A stretch of DNA of 64,000 nucleotides, from positions 38,442,001 through 38,506,000 of the forward strand of contig CM052817.1 of NCBI GenBank assembly GCA_028534125.1, read 5' to 3'. Positions 36,866 to 50,534 of the stretch are shown piece after piece. The notes beneath the pieces were generated by a model. The model saw only the letters and a list, made by a program, of their open reading frames with translations. It did not search any database and was not told where the DNA came from. The stretch's first letter is position 1; each line of letters begins with the position of its first letter. The stretch is from Lama glama (taxonomy: Eukaryota). The position numbers and the translations under genes are program-made.

Positions 36866-38371
36866 AACACTACATTGGCTTAATAAAGGTAAATAGCTTA
36901 AAGTCCTTCTGCTTCTGTGCAAATTTATTTTCCCAAACATACATCCCCCATCAATGGAAAGTTGACTATAACCTCTAATTTGTGATATGACAACTGGAGA
37001 ATTCATTTCATGCACTAAGATTTGGAAGTAGACATATTGACAAGGGCTCACCAAAAATGTGAAAATAGATAAAATTTTACTCTCATGACAGCAACTTCAC
37101 ACTTGGAGCGTTGGCTCTACCAAGGCAGATCACTGGATCTCTTTTGAAAGCAGTCTTTTTCAGGGGATAAACTCTGTTCCTCACAACTTCACACTATGTA
37201 AAACTAAAGCATAGAATATTCGACATCCATAAGGCTCTTACTCATTTAGAGTATTATTTATGTTGTTGTGACTACAAATACGTCTTTCTTTTCTTTCTCT
37301 TTTAAAGGTTCCCCCTTCCTTGGATATACACACAAAGCCCATAAATTCTAACTGGTGCATGCACATACAAGTACATCAAGGGCTTTAACAGTCAATTCAA
37401 AAGAACAGAATCTCGTAATCTCGTTTCCCACACATCTATGTCTGCCAAGAGTGCAACTCCTGACTTGTATGCTGTGCAACTAGTCAAAAGAATCGCAAGC
37501 CCTAAACCCTCAAATATCCTTGGCAAGGAAAGCAATAAATACACAGGCGTGTGCACACGTGCGTGCGTGCACACACAAATAGGAAGCTGAAGGAGCTTAA
37601 AGGACCCCAAGAAGGAAAGAATTTAAAACCAAATTATGAAAAAAGTACACAATCTAGTCCATAATTTTGTCTTCTACCTAGAACAATATCATAAAACTGC
37701 TTCCTTGCTGACATGAAAACAGTGAGTTATTTAGTCATTTTATTAGTTTTCATTATTGTTGTATCACCTCTTGGCTATAATCATCTCTCCATTCCACTTA
37801 ATTTACCTGTCACTTTAGATATCACCGTAGAGCTACAAAGCTGGCTAAAATTAGCATGAGTTTCAAGCATTTTTAATTATGAAACCTGACAAATCTACAC
37901 TGTTAGTCTCTCCAGAGAACTACTCAGTGTTGCTGAAATGAGCAGGTACAGCTTGACTGCAGGAGCAGCAAGGACAAGCACTACCTGCCATGTGCATGAG
38001 CCTGCAGTGGGACTCCTTTGAAGATGACTCTAGAAGTCATCTGACGTTTCCCTAATGTCACTGTCTCAGCCCTCAGTGAACTTTCTAGGGCAGCCTGTCA
38101 CCACCTGCCTCAGTCTTAGCTGAGTAAGAAATGTAAGAAAGGAAAAGGAAATGATATTCCAAGTATAGATTTTCCCCCTCAGTGCTTGAAAGATGAGGCA
38201 CAGAGCAATTTCAGCCCTGAAAAGTCCGTGTGTCTATATTGAAAAGTTCTAGGTCAAAACCAAGTGTTTGTTAGTTGGGGAAAAAAGTAAAAGACAGTAA
38301 TAAATGAAACAATTCCATACTATACACAATAAACATCTCCAAACCTGAGTCATAATCATAATCATTTCTGC

Positions 38372-41165
38372 CCATTCATTAGACATGTGTTTTATTTAAC
38401 ACCTATTACTTGTCAAGCACTAAGGAAGACACTGTGGAGAATATAAAGGTATTTAATATTCTGTCCCTACTCTCAAAAGTTTATAATAAGTAAGAGTTAT
38501 TTTTAAAAATCATTACTACCCATAAATAGGGGCTGAATATGATAAGTATCGCACGTGAGAAGTGCAACATATAAAGACTGCTTATTTCCAAACGTTTGGC
38601 ATAGAATTCCTAGACGAGTGGGAATAATGGGAGTGCAGAAGCAGATGAAGCCTGGAGAGAGGAGAAGTCTAGTTCTAATTAGGAGTAATTAATGGCAGCA
38701 GAGGAAGGATAAACTCCTGGGGCATAATTAGGTAGTCCAAGGGCAAGGAACAATTAACAGTATTAAAGATTCAACTAAATGCTAGGGGTTATGTGCATTA
38801 CTCCCCTAGAAAGGAATCCTAACTGCTGAAGTCAAGTAGAGGTGCAGTGGGTGAAAGCACTTGCTATGATTAAGTACTGACCCAGGAGTTTGGTCTAAAT
38901 GGGAAAAGAAAGAGCAGGGAAAAAAGACAGTCTCACTACTTAAGTACTGAGACCAAATAGAAACTTAGGGAGTTGCTGAAAGAAGAGTTGACACAACAGG
39001 GCACCAAAGGAGCAACAGATGAAATTGGGCATGTGCAGAGAAAGCTCCAGACAGCAGGCTGGCTGCTATATCTGGTTTTGGGGGGGCAGTCGTTGCAGAA
39101 TGATGTCTTGGAAGTACATGGCCTCTCCACACTTAAACCAACAGAGACATCTATTTCTGTGGTCTGTTGGATCTTAAGGATAAAGGCTCTAAAAGTACTC
39201 CTCTGTCACCCTCTTATTTGCTGGAAGAAGGGAAAGGAGCCTGCAGACAACTTAGGGGACATTCAGAATAGCTAGAATGGGGATAGGCTAGGGAAAAGAC
39301 AAGGCCTGATTGTGTGAGTGCAGAGAAGGGAGAAATTACTTCCAACTGCGAGAATCCATGAAGGGTGTGGGTTCAGGGGGTATGTGAGATGGGCTTCAAA
39401 CCTTGAGTTGGATGTCGGCAGATGGAAATAAAAATGTCAGCAGGTAAACATGGGTGTATTTCAGGAACAATGAGGGGTCTGGTTTGACTCCTGCAGAGAC
39501 TATATTTGGGAACGTGGAAGGAGATGAAGCTGGAAAGGCAGATTACTATGAAAAATATTTCCTTCCCTTCCGCTTATTGAAAACTTCTGAAGTGCTAAAC
39601 ACTTACATACATTTGCTTATTTACTCTTTCCCAACAAAAATATGAAGCTGGTGTGATTGTGTTCATTTTGCAAAAGTATAAACTGAATCTCAGAGAAACT
39701 AGGTAGCTCGCCCCAGGTTATTCACCTAGTAAGGACTCAGCTCAGAAATAAATTCAAAGGAAAAGTGTCTGAAATTTATTGCAACCATCCAAGAAAGAGA
39801 TCATCAAGAAGGTCTTATTAATACTACAGAGATGCAAATATGAAAGGTTTGTCTGAGAGACTTGGCAGAGGTAGAATGGGTAGGACTTGGTGACTTACTC
39901 GATGAAGGAATTGAGAAGAGAAGCAAAAGAAGATAAAAGAAAAATAATACCTAAACAAGACCAGCATTATCAATTCATACCAAACTGTGTGTTTATACAC
40001 ACTCAACACATGAATCTGCAAATAAATACAATCTACACAGTGCCAACTAATAAGGAAAAATAGAAACCTGGTCTTTATAGAAGCAGAATCTGTCTTCCGT
40101 GGATTCAGCTTTACCATGTATTGTCTTTGGAACTAAATACATACATTGAAAGTCTTAGTCTGTAACACAGACGGAAGTTACGGCCCCACCACTAACAATA
40201 CTGTAGACCAGATTCTCACCCATCTATGCAATAAAGTAGGGAATTTCTTCTTAAAGAAATCTACAATTGAAAAATTTTCTTCTATGTTTTTATTTGTATT
40301 GCTTCTATAAAATGAAAAGTAAATAAAATGAACTATTAAATCACACCTATAATCTCAGTCACTGTAGCCTGGTGAGCAGGGGAGTCAAAGGAGGGTAGCA
40401 ACCATCATCTATTTGCCACATAAATTCAATACCAAAGAAGTCTGAGAGCTTGAAATTTTGGAGAGATACTGGATGTACACAAAGTATTTGCAAAATGAAC
40501 TCATAAACAAATTAGCAATTTAAGAACTTTGACCATATGGTCAGTGACATATCCAAATGTGCCATGCTTTATGGCAGTTATCTGAAACTCTAAACTAAGA
40601 ACACAATAACAATACACACATGTGTATGACAGGAAGATTATGTTTATCCATATGCTTATCTGTGTTTTGTAAGCAGAGGAGCAGCTACCAAAATGTTATG
40701 ATTTGCTGAATCCTGGAAAGTCAAGGGATTTAAACAGCTCCCCTACTGGCCTGTTAACCACCAATGATTTCTTCCTTAAGGGCTTTCTTGTTTATTTTCC
40801 TTATATTTAATGACAGACTCATTTAAAAATAATTTAAATAAAGTGACTGTTTATTGTCCTAGAAGTTCAGAAGTAAATAATCAAGGCACTATGATAGAGT
40901 ACAGAAACACCCTAGTTGTGAGTGGTATGAGACTAGTTAGTTATGAGTATTATGTGGCTCTCTCTCTGAAGGAAAGGCTTCTGAGTTAAGATTTAAAAAA
41001 TAAGATGGAGGTCGCCCTACGATGAGATGAGAGAAAAGTGCCCTGGGCAAAAAGGAACATCGGGCTCAACATCTGGAAGAACAGAAGAAGGCCTTGAACA
41101 CAGAGTGTTTAGAGGAGGTCACGGAGCCAGGAAAGGAATGGGCATTCTGGCATATGTCACGGAGG
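38372..41165. mobile_element. Scattered L2 fragments (~38372-38560, 39330-39545, 39770-39930, 40880-41165) and a MIR (~39600-39750)
   Basis: Degenerate L2/MIR motifs; boundaries approximate, with unique DNA in between. Confidence 0.5.
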
Positions 41166-41396
41166 GCCTACATGGTCAGTAATTATGCCTTTTGCCTTGC
41201 TTGAACATCAACATGCAGCCTTGCCTTTAGGCCACAACATTTCCCCAAGTCTTTTTTCTTGCTTTCAGACTCTTGCTGTTGACTCCAGTGCCTCTTCTCA
41301 GTGTCTGAATCTTACCAGATCTCCCAGTTTGATCCAATGCTTCGTTCCTGTGCTGAATTACTAATGGTCAATTCAGTATCACCACCTCCTTCTTTT

Positions 41397-41686
41397 AAAA
41401 GAGAAACAGAAAACAAACTTACGGTTACCAGGGGCAGAAGTGGGTGGGAAGGGATAAATTGGGAGTACAAGATTTGCAGATACTAGTATATATAAAATAG
41501 ATAAACAACAAGTTTATACTGTATAGCACAGGGAACCATATTCAATATCTTGTAGTAACTTATGATGAAAAAGAATATGAGAATGAATGTATGCACATTC
41601 CTACATGACTGAGGTATTGTGCTGTACACCAGAAATTGACGCAACATTGTGAACTGACTGTACTTCAGTAAAAAATATTAAAAAAG
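41397..41686 (+). mobile_element. L1 3'UTR fragment (intermediate-age subfamily)
   Basis: aaacaaacttacggttaccagggg...ctgtatagcacagggaac...acaccagaaattgacgcaacattgtgaactgactgtacttcagtaaaaaa. Confidence 0.9.
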
Positions 41687-42499
41687 AAGTCTGTAGGCAA
41701 AGTAAATTCCCCCCAAAATATAAAGGTAAAAAAACAAATGCCATCTGCATCCATTCCTTCTTCCCCCTCTTCCTCTTCCCTCCACCTTCCTCTTTTCCTT
41801 CCTGAACTTTTCAGTCTGAAAGACTTTGAGATGGGACAGAGCAATGAAGGTAGACATGCTGAGGAAAAGCTTGATGTAGGCTACCAAAGCTCAAACTCTA
41901 CAGTGAATTGAAGTGTTTATTAGAAAGTTCGCATTCATCTTAGAATGTGAATTCTCTTAGGGGGTGGGGGGATGGGAGGGGGATATACCCATAATTACCT
42001 GGGTTAGAAGGTAAGACATCAAGGGCCTTGTTTAAAGTTTTTTAAAAAGAAAGAAAGAAATTTGCTTTTTGGTTAGTTATTTTTCCTGCTTACTTGCTTA
42101 CCCCTGAAAGGGAGTTACAGAAAAGAGAGAAGGGAAGAGAAGAAAGGAGAGATTGATAGGGCAAGAGAGGCTGGGATGAGTCGGAGTAATGCACAGTGGC
42201 AAATTGGGTATTTTTTAATGGTGACATCTCTGTTGACAATTAAAGTCACTTGTGTCACAGTATTATAAACCATTCTCTGACTCCTCCACGAAATCCTTCA
42301 TAAATTCTATTTACTAATCAATGTTTTGTGTGGGTGATTTGGGGTAAAACCCAAAGAGATGCAAATTTCACATGTGGTCAACAAGAGATAACATGTTACA
42401 GGAATCAGGAGGAGGTAAAAAGCCATTGCAATTTATAAGAACCCTGAAAATTTGCATAAATCTAGGCATAGGGCTTTGAATTTTCACAAGCCATGATTT

Positions 42500-42682
42500 T
42501 AGCAAGCTTTGGAGCCAGCTATACCTAGTTGGGCTTGAATCCCAACTTGAACACTTACTGGCTGTTACTTTGAGTTAGTCAGATAATTTCTAGCTCCATT
42601 TTCTTTTTCTGTAAAATAAACAGAATGACAGTGCCCCCCATTATATGCCTGGCATGTATTAAGCACCCATTGACTGTTAGTT
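42500..42682 (+). mobile_element. MIR SINE
   Basis: gctttggagccag...ttgaatcccaac...cacttactggctg...ctgtaaaat. Confidence 0.7.
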
Positions 42683-45054
42683 ATATAAACTTTAAATTGC
42701 TTAGCAAATGCATTGGCCAAGAACTAGGGCTCTTGAGGAGGTAGCGCTACAAAGTGAAAAATACACTTTATTAAAGAAGCATTTTTTAAAACCAACACGA
42801 AATTTCTTTGAAAACTGAGTCTCTCTTGTACTGCAAAGCAGTCCCATTGTGACTCTCGCACCACATGGAAGGAACGGTGATGGTCCAAAGATTTTTCCTC
42901 TCAGTCCCTGCTGAACAGTTGCTTGAGTACTTACAGAAGTTGTAGAAGGTGACAAGGGTTAACTTGTCCAAGACAGATTGGCACAGGCTGGCTGCTCAGA
43001 GAGGAAGTTTTAGACCAAGAAAGATTTGAGCCTGATGCTGAAGGCAATCCCCAGAGAACGCTGAGTTGGTGCATCAGGCTCATGGGCCACCAAAGCATAG
43101 AGCTGTCACCACTAGGCTCCAGTCCCCACCCCTGTTGAGGCCTAAGGAAAGGCTGGTGTTCTCCCAATCTGGTGTTGAGATGAAAAAACAAGGCCAGGCA
43201 CCAAATTTCTACCACATGATCCTTTACTGTGCCCCTGATTATGCCAGGGCAGGAGCTAATTTTCCCCAAGCAGATGGTTTATAAACTCACAAAACCAGGC
43301 TTCCTCCCCTGCAGCCTGGTGTCTGGTGCTGCTAGATGTCCTGGTTGCCCCAAAGTGGAAGGGGAACAAGGGTGCCCGCTCCTGCCGTTACTCCTATCTC
43401 TGCAAGCTTCAGTCAACGAACCCTGTTTCAAAAACACTTGAGTTGTGTGGGCCACCTGGTCATTCATCACCACTTTTCTTTATTAGGGCTCAAGGGAGTT
43501 CTTTAGTCTTTGGACACCTTTATTTCCTATGATATTAGCTCTATCATAAATTGAGCATTCCATCTGCTGTTCATAGAAAAGAAGGCAAACCTAACCCAGG
43601 GAGAGAGAGTATGAAGTTCATTGCTGACAGCTTCCTGGACAGTTTTGCAATAGGAGACTGTCCGATAGGATTAAACTCAGAAGCTAAAGTAAATGCCACT
43701 TTCCAATTACCAGCCTTGAGCTTTGTTTTCACTGAACCATTTCTACCTCTTGCATATCTTCTCTCAATTGTCTTGTCTAAAGACATGACCATTATTTTAA
43801 TTAGCTCCTTTTTTTTTTTAGCTACTGCTTCTTATTAAGACAACCCATCTTAACTGTGCATAGTTGATCATTCTTTCTCATAATTTGCTAAGAGAAAGAG
43901 CTGGTAAGTTTTACAAACTTATTTATAAATGTTAACAACCACCAAAAAAAAAAAAAAACCCTGCCAACTAAAGGCAAACGCTACCCCTACACAGTATTTA
44001 TAAGTGTTCTAGATAATACCCAATTTACAAACATGATAAAAATTTCCAATCCATAAGAAATCAGTAATTGCAGATTGGACATCTTTAAAGACATGAAGAA
44101 GAGTCCCCAGGAGGGATGTACAGGAAAAGTAAGAGAGTGTTGGCCAAGACCTGAGGACATCTATGCGAGTTAAAAGGGGCGGGGGAGAGGCCAAAATAAT
44201 GGGCTATTTGAGCTAACTTCATAAATTCATATTCCTGTTGTACCAAGAAGATAGCGTCTCTTGTCCACATGGTGTCAAGTGTTGTATGCTGAGGCTGAAA
44301 GTATAGGTTCTTAAATAAACAATCACAGATGTCTTGATTCTGAACCTTCCATGTATGTTCCCCTAATACCCAAAGCCCTAGGTGAATCACTGTGGAGGCC
44401 TGGTAGGGTCCATGTGAATATCACAGTACCACTGCCACCCTGGCTTTTTGCTTGTTTAGGATCAGGTTCAGTTTGTCATCAATAACAGGCTTACAAGTTT
44501 ATGCCCAGTAGAACTAATACATGCAGGTAAGTCTGAAAAGTAAGTGTGATTTCTAAATGCCTCTGAGCACCTGGGCCAGTTCAAGTGTAGCCCAAGGAAG
44601 GAGGGTCTGCCCCAGCTGAGACTGAAAGACTACTGTGAAGTGCATCTTTATGGAAACTCTAGAAAAAATTATCGTCAAAATATATAATGAAGATGATTTG
44701 AAATACTTTTAAACCTTCCTAAAGTAAACCAGATTTGATCCTACGGTTACAAAAAAAATATCTAGTGTTTTATCTTATGTTCTCTTTGGTGTCTGTCATA
44801 GCTTCGCAAAGCCTTGTGTTCTAAAGACACCAGTCTTCACCCAACCTTTCTTCCTTCCACTCTCCCTCCTCCTCTTCCCACTTTCCCCCTCAAAACTCTA
44901 TTGAGAACTTACCATTTATGAGATAAGTGTACGAAGATAATATGTACAAAATAACCTGCTATGGGCTATTTGTTTTTAATATCTTGCATGAGATCACAAG
45001 CCTCATAATGTCAAGATTTCCCAAAAGTCTTGTTTCTTCATTGACACCAAAGAG

Positions 45055-45398
45055 TCAGTATCCACATAGACACTACTGACTCCCAAATCCATATCGTTAG
45101 CTCAGAGCCCTCTATAGGCTTCAGACACATGCATTTAATTTGAGAGTGACTGCCCCCGTTGTGGCTATGTTACTGTTACTGAACACACCCAAAATAAAAC
45201 ATCATCGTTCCCCAAAAACCTGTTCTTTTTTCCCTGCATTTCCTATCTGTGGACAAGCATCACCAACCTACTTATGCATCCAGGGATGAGAAGATAAATT
45301 AGAGACATCACATTCATGCCTCCTTAATCTGTCCCTGCTTTTTTCTTCCCACCATTACTGCCTTAAAGTCCTCCTCTCTTTTCCCCTGGATACTGCAG
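45055..45398 (+). mobile_element. L2 fragment (continues at 47557-47700 after the Tigger1)
   Basis: gactcccaaatccatatc...; downstream piece ccccactagactgtatgctcc...ccagtgcctagacagtgcctggca. Confidence 0.7.
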
Positions 45399-45399
45399 T

Positions 45400-47555
45400 C
45401 ATGTTATAACTATATGGCCTTCCCTCAGTCTCGCCATGATCTGCATGCATATAAGATGGAAAGCTTAATCAATGAATGTTGTGTGTGTTCTGATTGCTTC
45501 ACTCATTGGCCTTTCCCCCATCTCTCTCTCCCTCCTTGGGCCCCCTATTTCCCAAGGCACAACAATATTGAAATTAGGCCAATTAATAACCCTACAATGG
45601 CCTCTAAGGAAGGAAGAGTTGCTTCCCTCACTTTAAATCAAAAGCTAAAAATGATTAAGCTTTGTGAGGAAGCCATGTCCAAAGTCGAGTTAGGCCAAAA
45701 GCTAGGTCTCTTGTACCAAACTGTCAGCCAAGTTGTGAATGCAACAGAAGAGTTCTTAAAGGAAATTAAATGTGCTACTCCAGTGAACACAAAAGTGATA
45801 AGAAAGCAAAACAGTCTTACTGCTGATATGGAGAAAGTTTAATGGTCTGGACAGAAAGTCAAACCAGCTTCAATATACCTGTAAGTCAAGGCCTAATCCA
45901 AAGCAAGACCCTCTTCAATCCTATGAAGGCTTAGAGAGGTGAGGAAGCTGCAGAAGAAAAGTTTGAAGTGAGCAGAGGCTGGTTCACGAGGTTTAAGGAA
46001 AGAAGCTGCCTCCATAACATAAAAGGCAGTGTGAAGCAGCAAGTGCTGATGTAGAAGCTGCAGCAAGTTCTCCAGAAGATCTAGCTCAGATCATTCATGA
46101 AGGTGGCAACACTGAACAACAGATTTTCAGTGTGGATGAAACAGCCTTCTATTGAAAAGAAGATGCCATCTAGGACTTTCAAATCTAGAGAGGAGAAGTC
46201 AATGCCTCGTTTCAAAGCTTCAAAGGACAGGCTGACTCTCTTGTCAGGGGCCAATGCAGCTGGTGACTTTCAGTTGAAGGCAATGCTCATTTACCATACC
46301 TAAAATCCTAAGGCCCTTAAGAATTATGCTAAAGCTACCTGTGCTTTATAAATAGAACAACAAAGCCTGGATGCCAGCACATCTGTTTACAACATGCTTT
46401 ACTGAATATTTAAGCCCACTCTTGAGACCTAATGCTCAGAAAAAAAGATTCCTTTCAAAATGTTGCTGCTCACTGACAATGCACCTGATCAACCAAGAGC
46501 TCTGATGGAGTTTTACAACGAGATTAACGTTATTTTCATGCCTGAGAACACAACATCCATTCTGTAGCTCATAGATCAAAGGGTAATTTTGACTTTCAAG
46601 TCTTATTGAGAAACACATTTCATGAGGCTATAGTTGCCATAAATAGTGGCTCCTCTGATGGATCTGGGCAAAGTGAACCAAAAATCTTCTGGAAAGTATT
46701 CACCATTCCAGACGCCATTATGAACATTTGTGATTCATGGGGAAGGATCAAATTATCAATATCCATGGGAATTTGTAAGAAGTTGATTCAAATCTCACGG
46801 ATAACTTTTAAAGGTTCAAGATTTTAAAGGAGGAAGTCACTGCAGATGTAATGCAACTAGCAAGAGAACTAGAATTAGAAGGAGAGACTGAAGATGGGAC
46901 TGAGTGGCTGCCATCTCATGGTCAAATTTGAATGGATGAGGAGTTGCTTCTTATGGATGAGCAAAGAGCTTGGTTTCTTGAGATGGAAACTACTCCTCAT
47001 GAAGATGCTGTGAAGACTGCTGACATGACAACAAAGGATTTAGAATATTACATAAGCTTAGTTGATAAAGCTGTGGCAGGGTTTGAGAGGACTGACTCCA
47101 ATTTCAAAAGAAGTTCTACTGGGTAAAATGCTATCAAACAGCAATGCATCATATGGAGAAATCTTTCATGAAAGGAAGAGTCAATTAATGTGGCAGACTT
47201 CACTGTTGTGTTATTTTAAGAAATTGCCACAGCCACTCCAACTTTCAGCAACTACAACCCTGATCAGTCAGCAGCATCAACCCCGAAGTAAGGCCCTCCA
47301 ACAGCAAAAAGAATATGACTCACTGAAGGTTTAGATAATGGTTAGCATTTTTTAGCAATAAAGTATTTTTAATCAAGGTAAGTACATTGCTTTTAGACAT
47401 AATGCTATTTCACACTTAATAGACTGCAGTATAGTGTGAATATAATTTTTATATGCACTGGGAAACCAAAACGTTTGTGTGACTCACTTTATTGTGATAT
47501 TCGCCTTATTGCAGTGGTCTGGAACTGAACCCACAATATCTCCAAGGTGTGCCTG
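45400..47555 (+). mobile_element. Tigger1 DNA transposon, 5'-truncated, carrying a disrupted pogo-family transposase
   Basis: ATG at 45597 gives [39 protein letters not shown]...; later fragments FKASKDRLTLLSGANAAGDF and [19 protein letters not shown]; many stops and frameshifts; 3' TIR ...atctccaaggtgtgcctg followed by TA. Confidence 0.95.
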
Positions 47556-48767
47556 TAGTTGATTCATAAATCTATCTCCCCCACTAGACTGTATGCTCCT
47601 TTAAGGACTCAGCCATATCTGTCTCACTTATCTTACCAGTGCCTAGACAGTGCCTGGCAAACTTGCTCTTCGATACAGAGCCGGTGAATGAATTGCTGAA
47701 AGAAGGGACACAACACATGTGCCACATTTGGCAAAATTCTTAGATTTTTACAAAGTATTCTCCACTCCAGGCAAACATTCATGAAAAATGTATGTGACGG
47801 TTTAGGTCAAGTTTCTTTCTCCTAAGAAGTGAACAACATTGATGGAACACGAGGAGATTTTAGAAAGGGTAGAGAAAGAAAGAAAAGTATTTCAATTTAC
47901 ACATGTGAAATCCAGAAGTTTTAATATAATAGCCCAAAGGGGGAAAATGAACACAAAAAATAATGAAGCAGAATATTTTTGCAAATAATCTTTATGTCTA
48001 TTCCTTCCCTCTGTCACACAAACACAATTAGAAGTTTCAACGGGAAAAATATGAAAAATGCGAGTCACTACATTATTAGATTCAAAAAAATAAAAAAAAC
48101 TCATCCCTAAAGAAAACTCATCATCCCACATATGATAAAGTGATGGAGGGAAGTTTCCAAGCTCTCAGTGCGAGCTTTGGCACTCACCAAGGAGCACTGG
48201 CACTAACACTTACTTCCTAGTGATAAATGGAACCTCTAGGACATCTCCTGCAAAATCACCAGCCCAAGGGCACTTTACAGCATCAGAGTTGGTTCTCTAT
48301 TTGCCTTTATTTAGGTAGATGAAGCAGTATCAAGGTTATAGTTACTACTTCAAGAGCGGCCCAGGCAACAGGTATCTTCCACAATAGCAGAGTTGTAATA
48401 TTCCCATTCATTAACTACCTGATTCTTTTAATTGAGGTGTAACGATGTATAGACAGCTAAATTACATTTACTTTAAAATAATCACCAAATAGATAAAGTG
48501 ACTGCATATGAATGAAGCCATTCCTATGTAAATTATGAGAGTGTCATTTTAATCCAAAAACAACATTGTGAGTTACCAAATAATATACATTGAACAGAAA
48601 GAAAATACTGTCATGTTGAAGTCCATGTTCCAGAAGCTAATCTCTATCCTCAGTGGTCACTAGCACATTAACTTACAGAGTACTAAAATCCAATAGTGAA
48701 GTGAATTTCATTATAATTTGATGGCAGGAACAGGGATCAATAATTCACCTTAAAAGTTAACCATACA

Positions 48768-50070
48768 GACACCTACACATAAAAGAATGAAATTAGAACA
48801 TTCTCTAGCACCACACACAAAAGTAAACTCAAAATGGATTAAAGATCTAAATGTAAGACTAATTACTATAAAACTCCTAGAGGAAAACATAAGCAGAACA
48901 CTCTGACATAAATCGCAGCAATATTTTTTTAAATCTATCTCCTAGAATAATGGAAACAAAAGCAAAAATAACCAAATGGGGCCTAATTAAATGTAAAGGC
49001 TTTTTGCACAGCAAAGGAAATCATAAACAAAATGAAAAGGCAACCTACAGGCTGGGAGAAAATATTCGCAAATGATGCTACCAACAAGGGCTTAATTTCC
49101 AAAATATACAAACAGCTCATACAGCTTAATAACAAAAACACAAACAACCCAGTCCAAAAAATGGTCAAAAGACCTAAACAAGCATTTCTCCAATGAAGAC
49201 ATACAAATGGCCAATAGGCACATGAAAAGATGCTCAACAACACTAAATATTAGAGAAATGCAAATCTAAACTACAATGAGGTATCTATCACCTCACACTG
49301 GTTAGAAGTGCCACCAGCAGAAGTCTACAAATAATAAGTGCTGGAGGGGGTGTGGAGAAAAGGGAATCTTCCTACACTACTGGTGGGAGTCACTATGGAA
49401 AACAGTACGGAGGTTCCTTAAAAGACTAAAAATAGACTTACCATATGATCCAGCAATCCCACTCCTGGGCATATATCCAGAAAAGATTAAAATTCTAATT
49501 TGAAAAGATACCTGAACCCCAATGTTCACAGCAGCACTATTTACAATAGCCAAGACATGGAAGCAACCTAAATGTCCACTGACAGATGACTGGATAAAGA
49601 TGTGGTTTATAAATACAATGAAATATTACTCAACCAAAAAAAAGAATGAAATAATGCCATTTGTAGCAACATGAATAGACCTAGAGATTACCATACTAAG
49701 TAAGTCAGTCAGAGAAAGACAAATATCATACAATACCACTTAATGTGGAATCTAAAAAAATGATACAAATAAACATATTTACAAAACAGAAATAGACTGA
49801 CAGACATGGAAAATAAGCTTATGACTATCAAAGGGAAAGGGGGGAGGGATAAATTGGAAATCTGGAATTAACAGATAGACGTTACTATATGTATAACAGA
49901 TAAGCAACAAGGACCTACTGTGTAGCAGAAGGAACTATATTCAATATCTTGTAATAACCTATAGTGGAAAATAATCTGAAAAAGAACATATATATGTATA
50001 ACTAAATTACTCTGCTATATACCTGAAACATTTTAAAGTAACTATACTTCAATTTAAAATAATAATAAGA
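48768..50070 (+). mobile_element. 5'-truncated L1, ~1.3 kb (ORF2 C-terminus plus 3'UTR)
   Basis: Canonical ORF2 end motifs; A-rich tail; TSD aaaagttaaccataca / agaagttaatcatata. Confidence 0.95.
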
Positions 50071-50086
50071 AGAAGTTAATCATATA

Positions 50087-50177
50087 GGGAGTATACGGGA
50101 TCTCTGTATTTTCTGCTCAAAATTGCTTTGAACCTAAAACTGCTTTAAAAAATAAAGTCGTTTGTTTTTTGTAAAAG
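50087..50177 (+). mobile_element. ~90-bp 3' tip of an older L1 subfamily
   Basis: gggatctctgtattttctgctcaaaattgctttgaacctaaaactgctttaaaaaataaagtc; flanked by the same TSD sequence. Confidence 0.8.
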
Positions 50178-50420
50178 AAAAGTTAACCATATATCAGGTT
50201 TTTACTTTATGAAGACATTACTTTGTGGACTGAATAAAATGTTCTCCAACAATGCAAGCAAATCCATAGGATTGCTAAACTATTTATAATAATTCAATGC
50301 TATTTCTCCCATTTGAGGTCTTTAGATGCTTACATTGTACTTTAAGCTGTAAAGAAACAAAAAACACAAAACCACCTCTTTTGAGAGTAGTCAAGTTTTC
50401 CTATTTCTAGATCAGTACAC

Positions 50421-50534
50421 CTTTATTTCCAAACAAGTGTGCCACAAAATCAACAAAACAAATGGCCAGCCCACAGAGCCGGCACACGCATAAATTTCTT
50501 CCAATGTTGCTCACCATTAAAATATATGTAAATC
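50421..50534 (-). other. Candidate exon (114 nt; or 20 nt using ATG|gtgagc at 50515; or terminal exon with AATAAA at 50427-50422)
   Basis: Strong acceptor cccatttttattctgttacag; phase 1 is open (FTYILMVSNIGRNLCVCRLCGLAICFVDFVAHLFGNK); phase 0 gives DLHIF*W*ATLEEIYACAGSVGWPFVLLILWHTCLEIK. Confidence 0.35.

Noticed and set aside
37309..37610. Exon-like unique segment (plus acceptor at 37308; minus ORF IFEGLGLAILL...)
   Set aside because: No convincing donor or linkage on either strand and no recognisable protein.
45414..47334. TIGD1-like domesticated transposase gene
   Set aside because: Multiple stops and frameshifts plus a retained 3' TIR and TA show an ordinary dead Tigger1.
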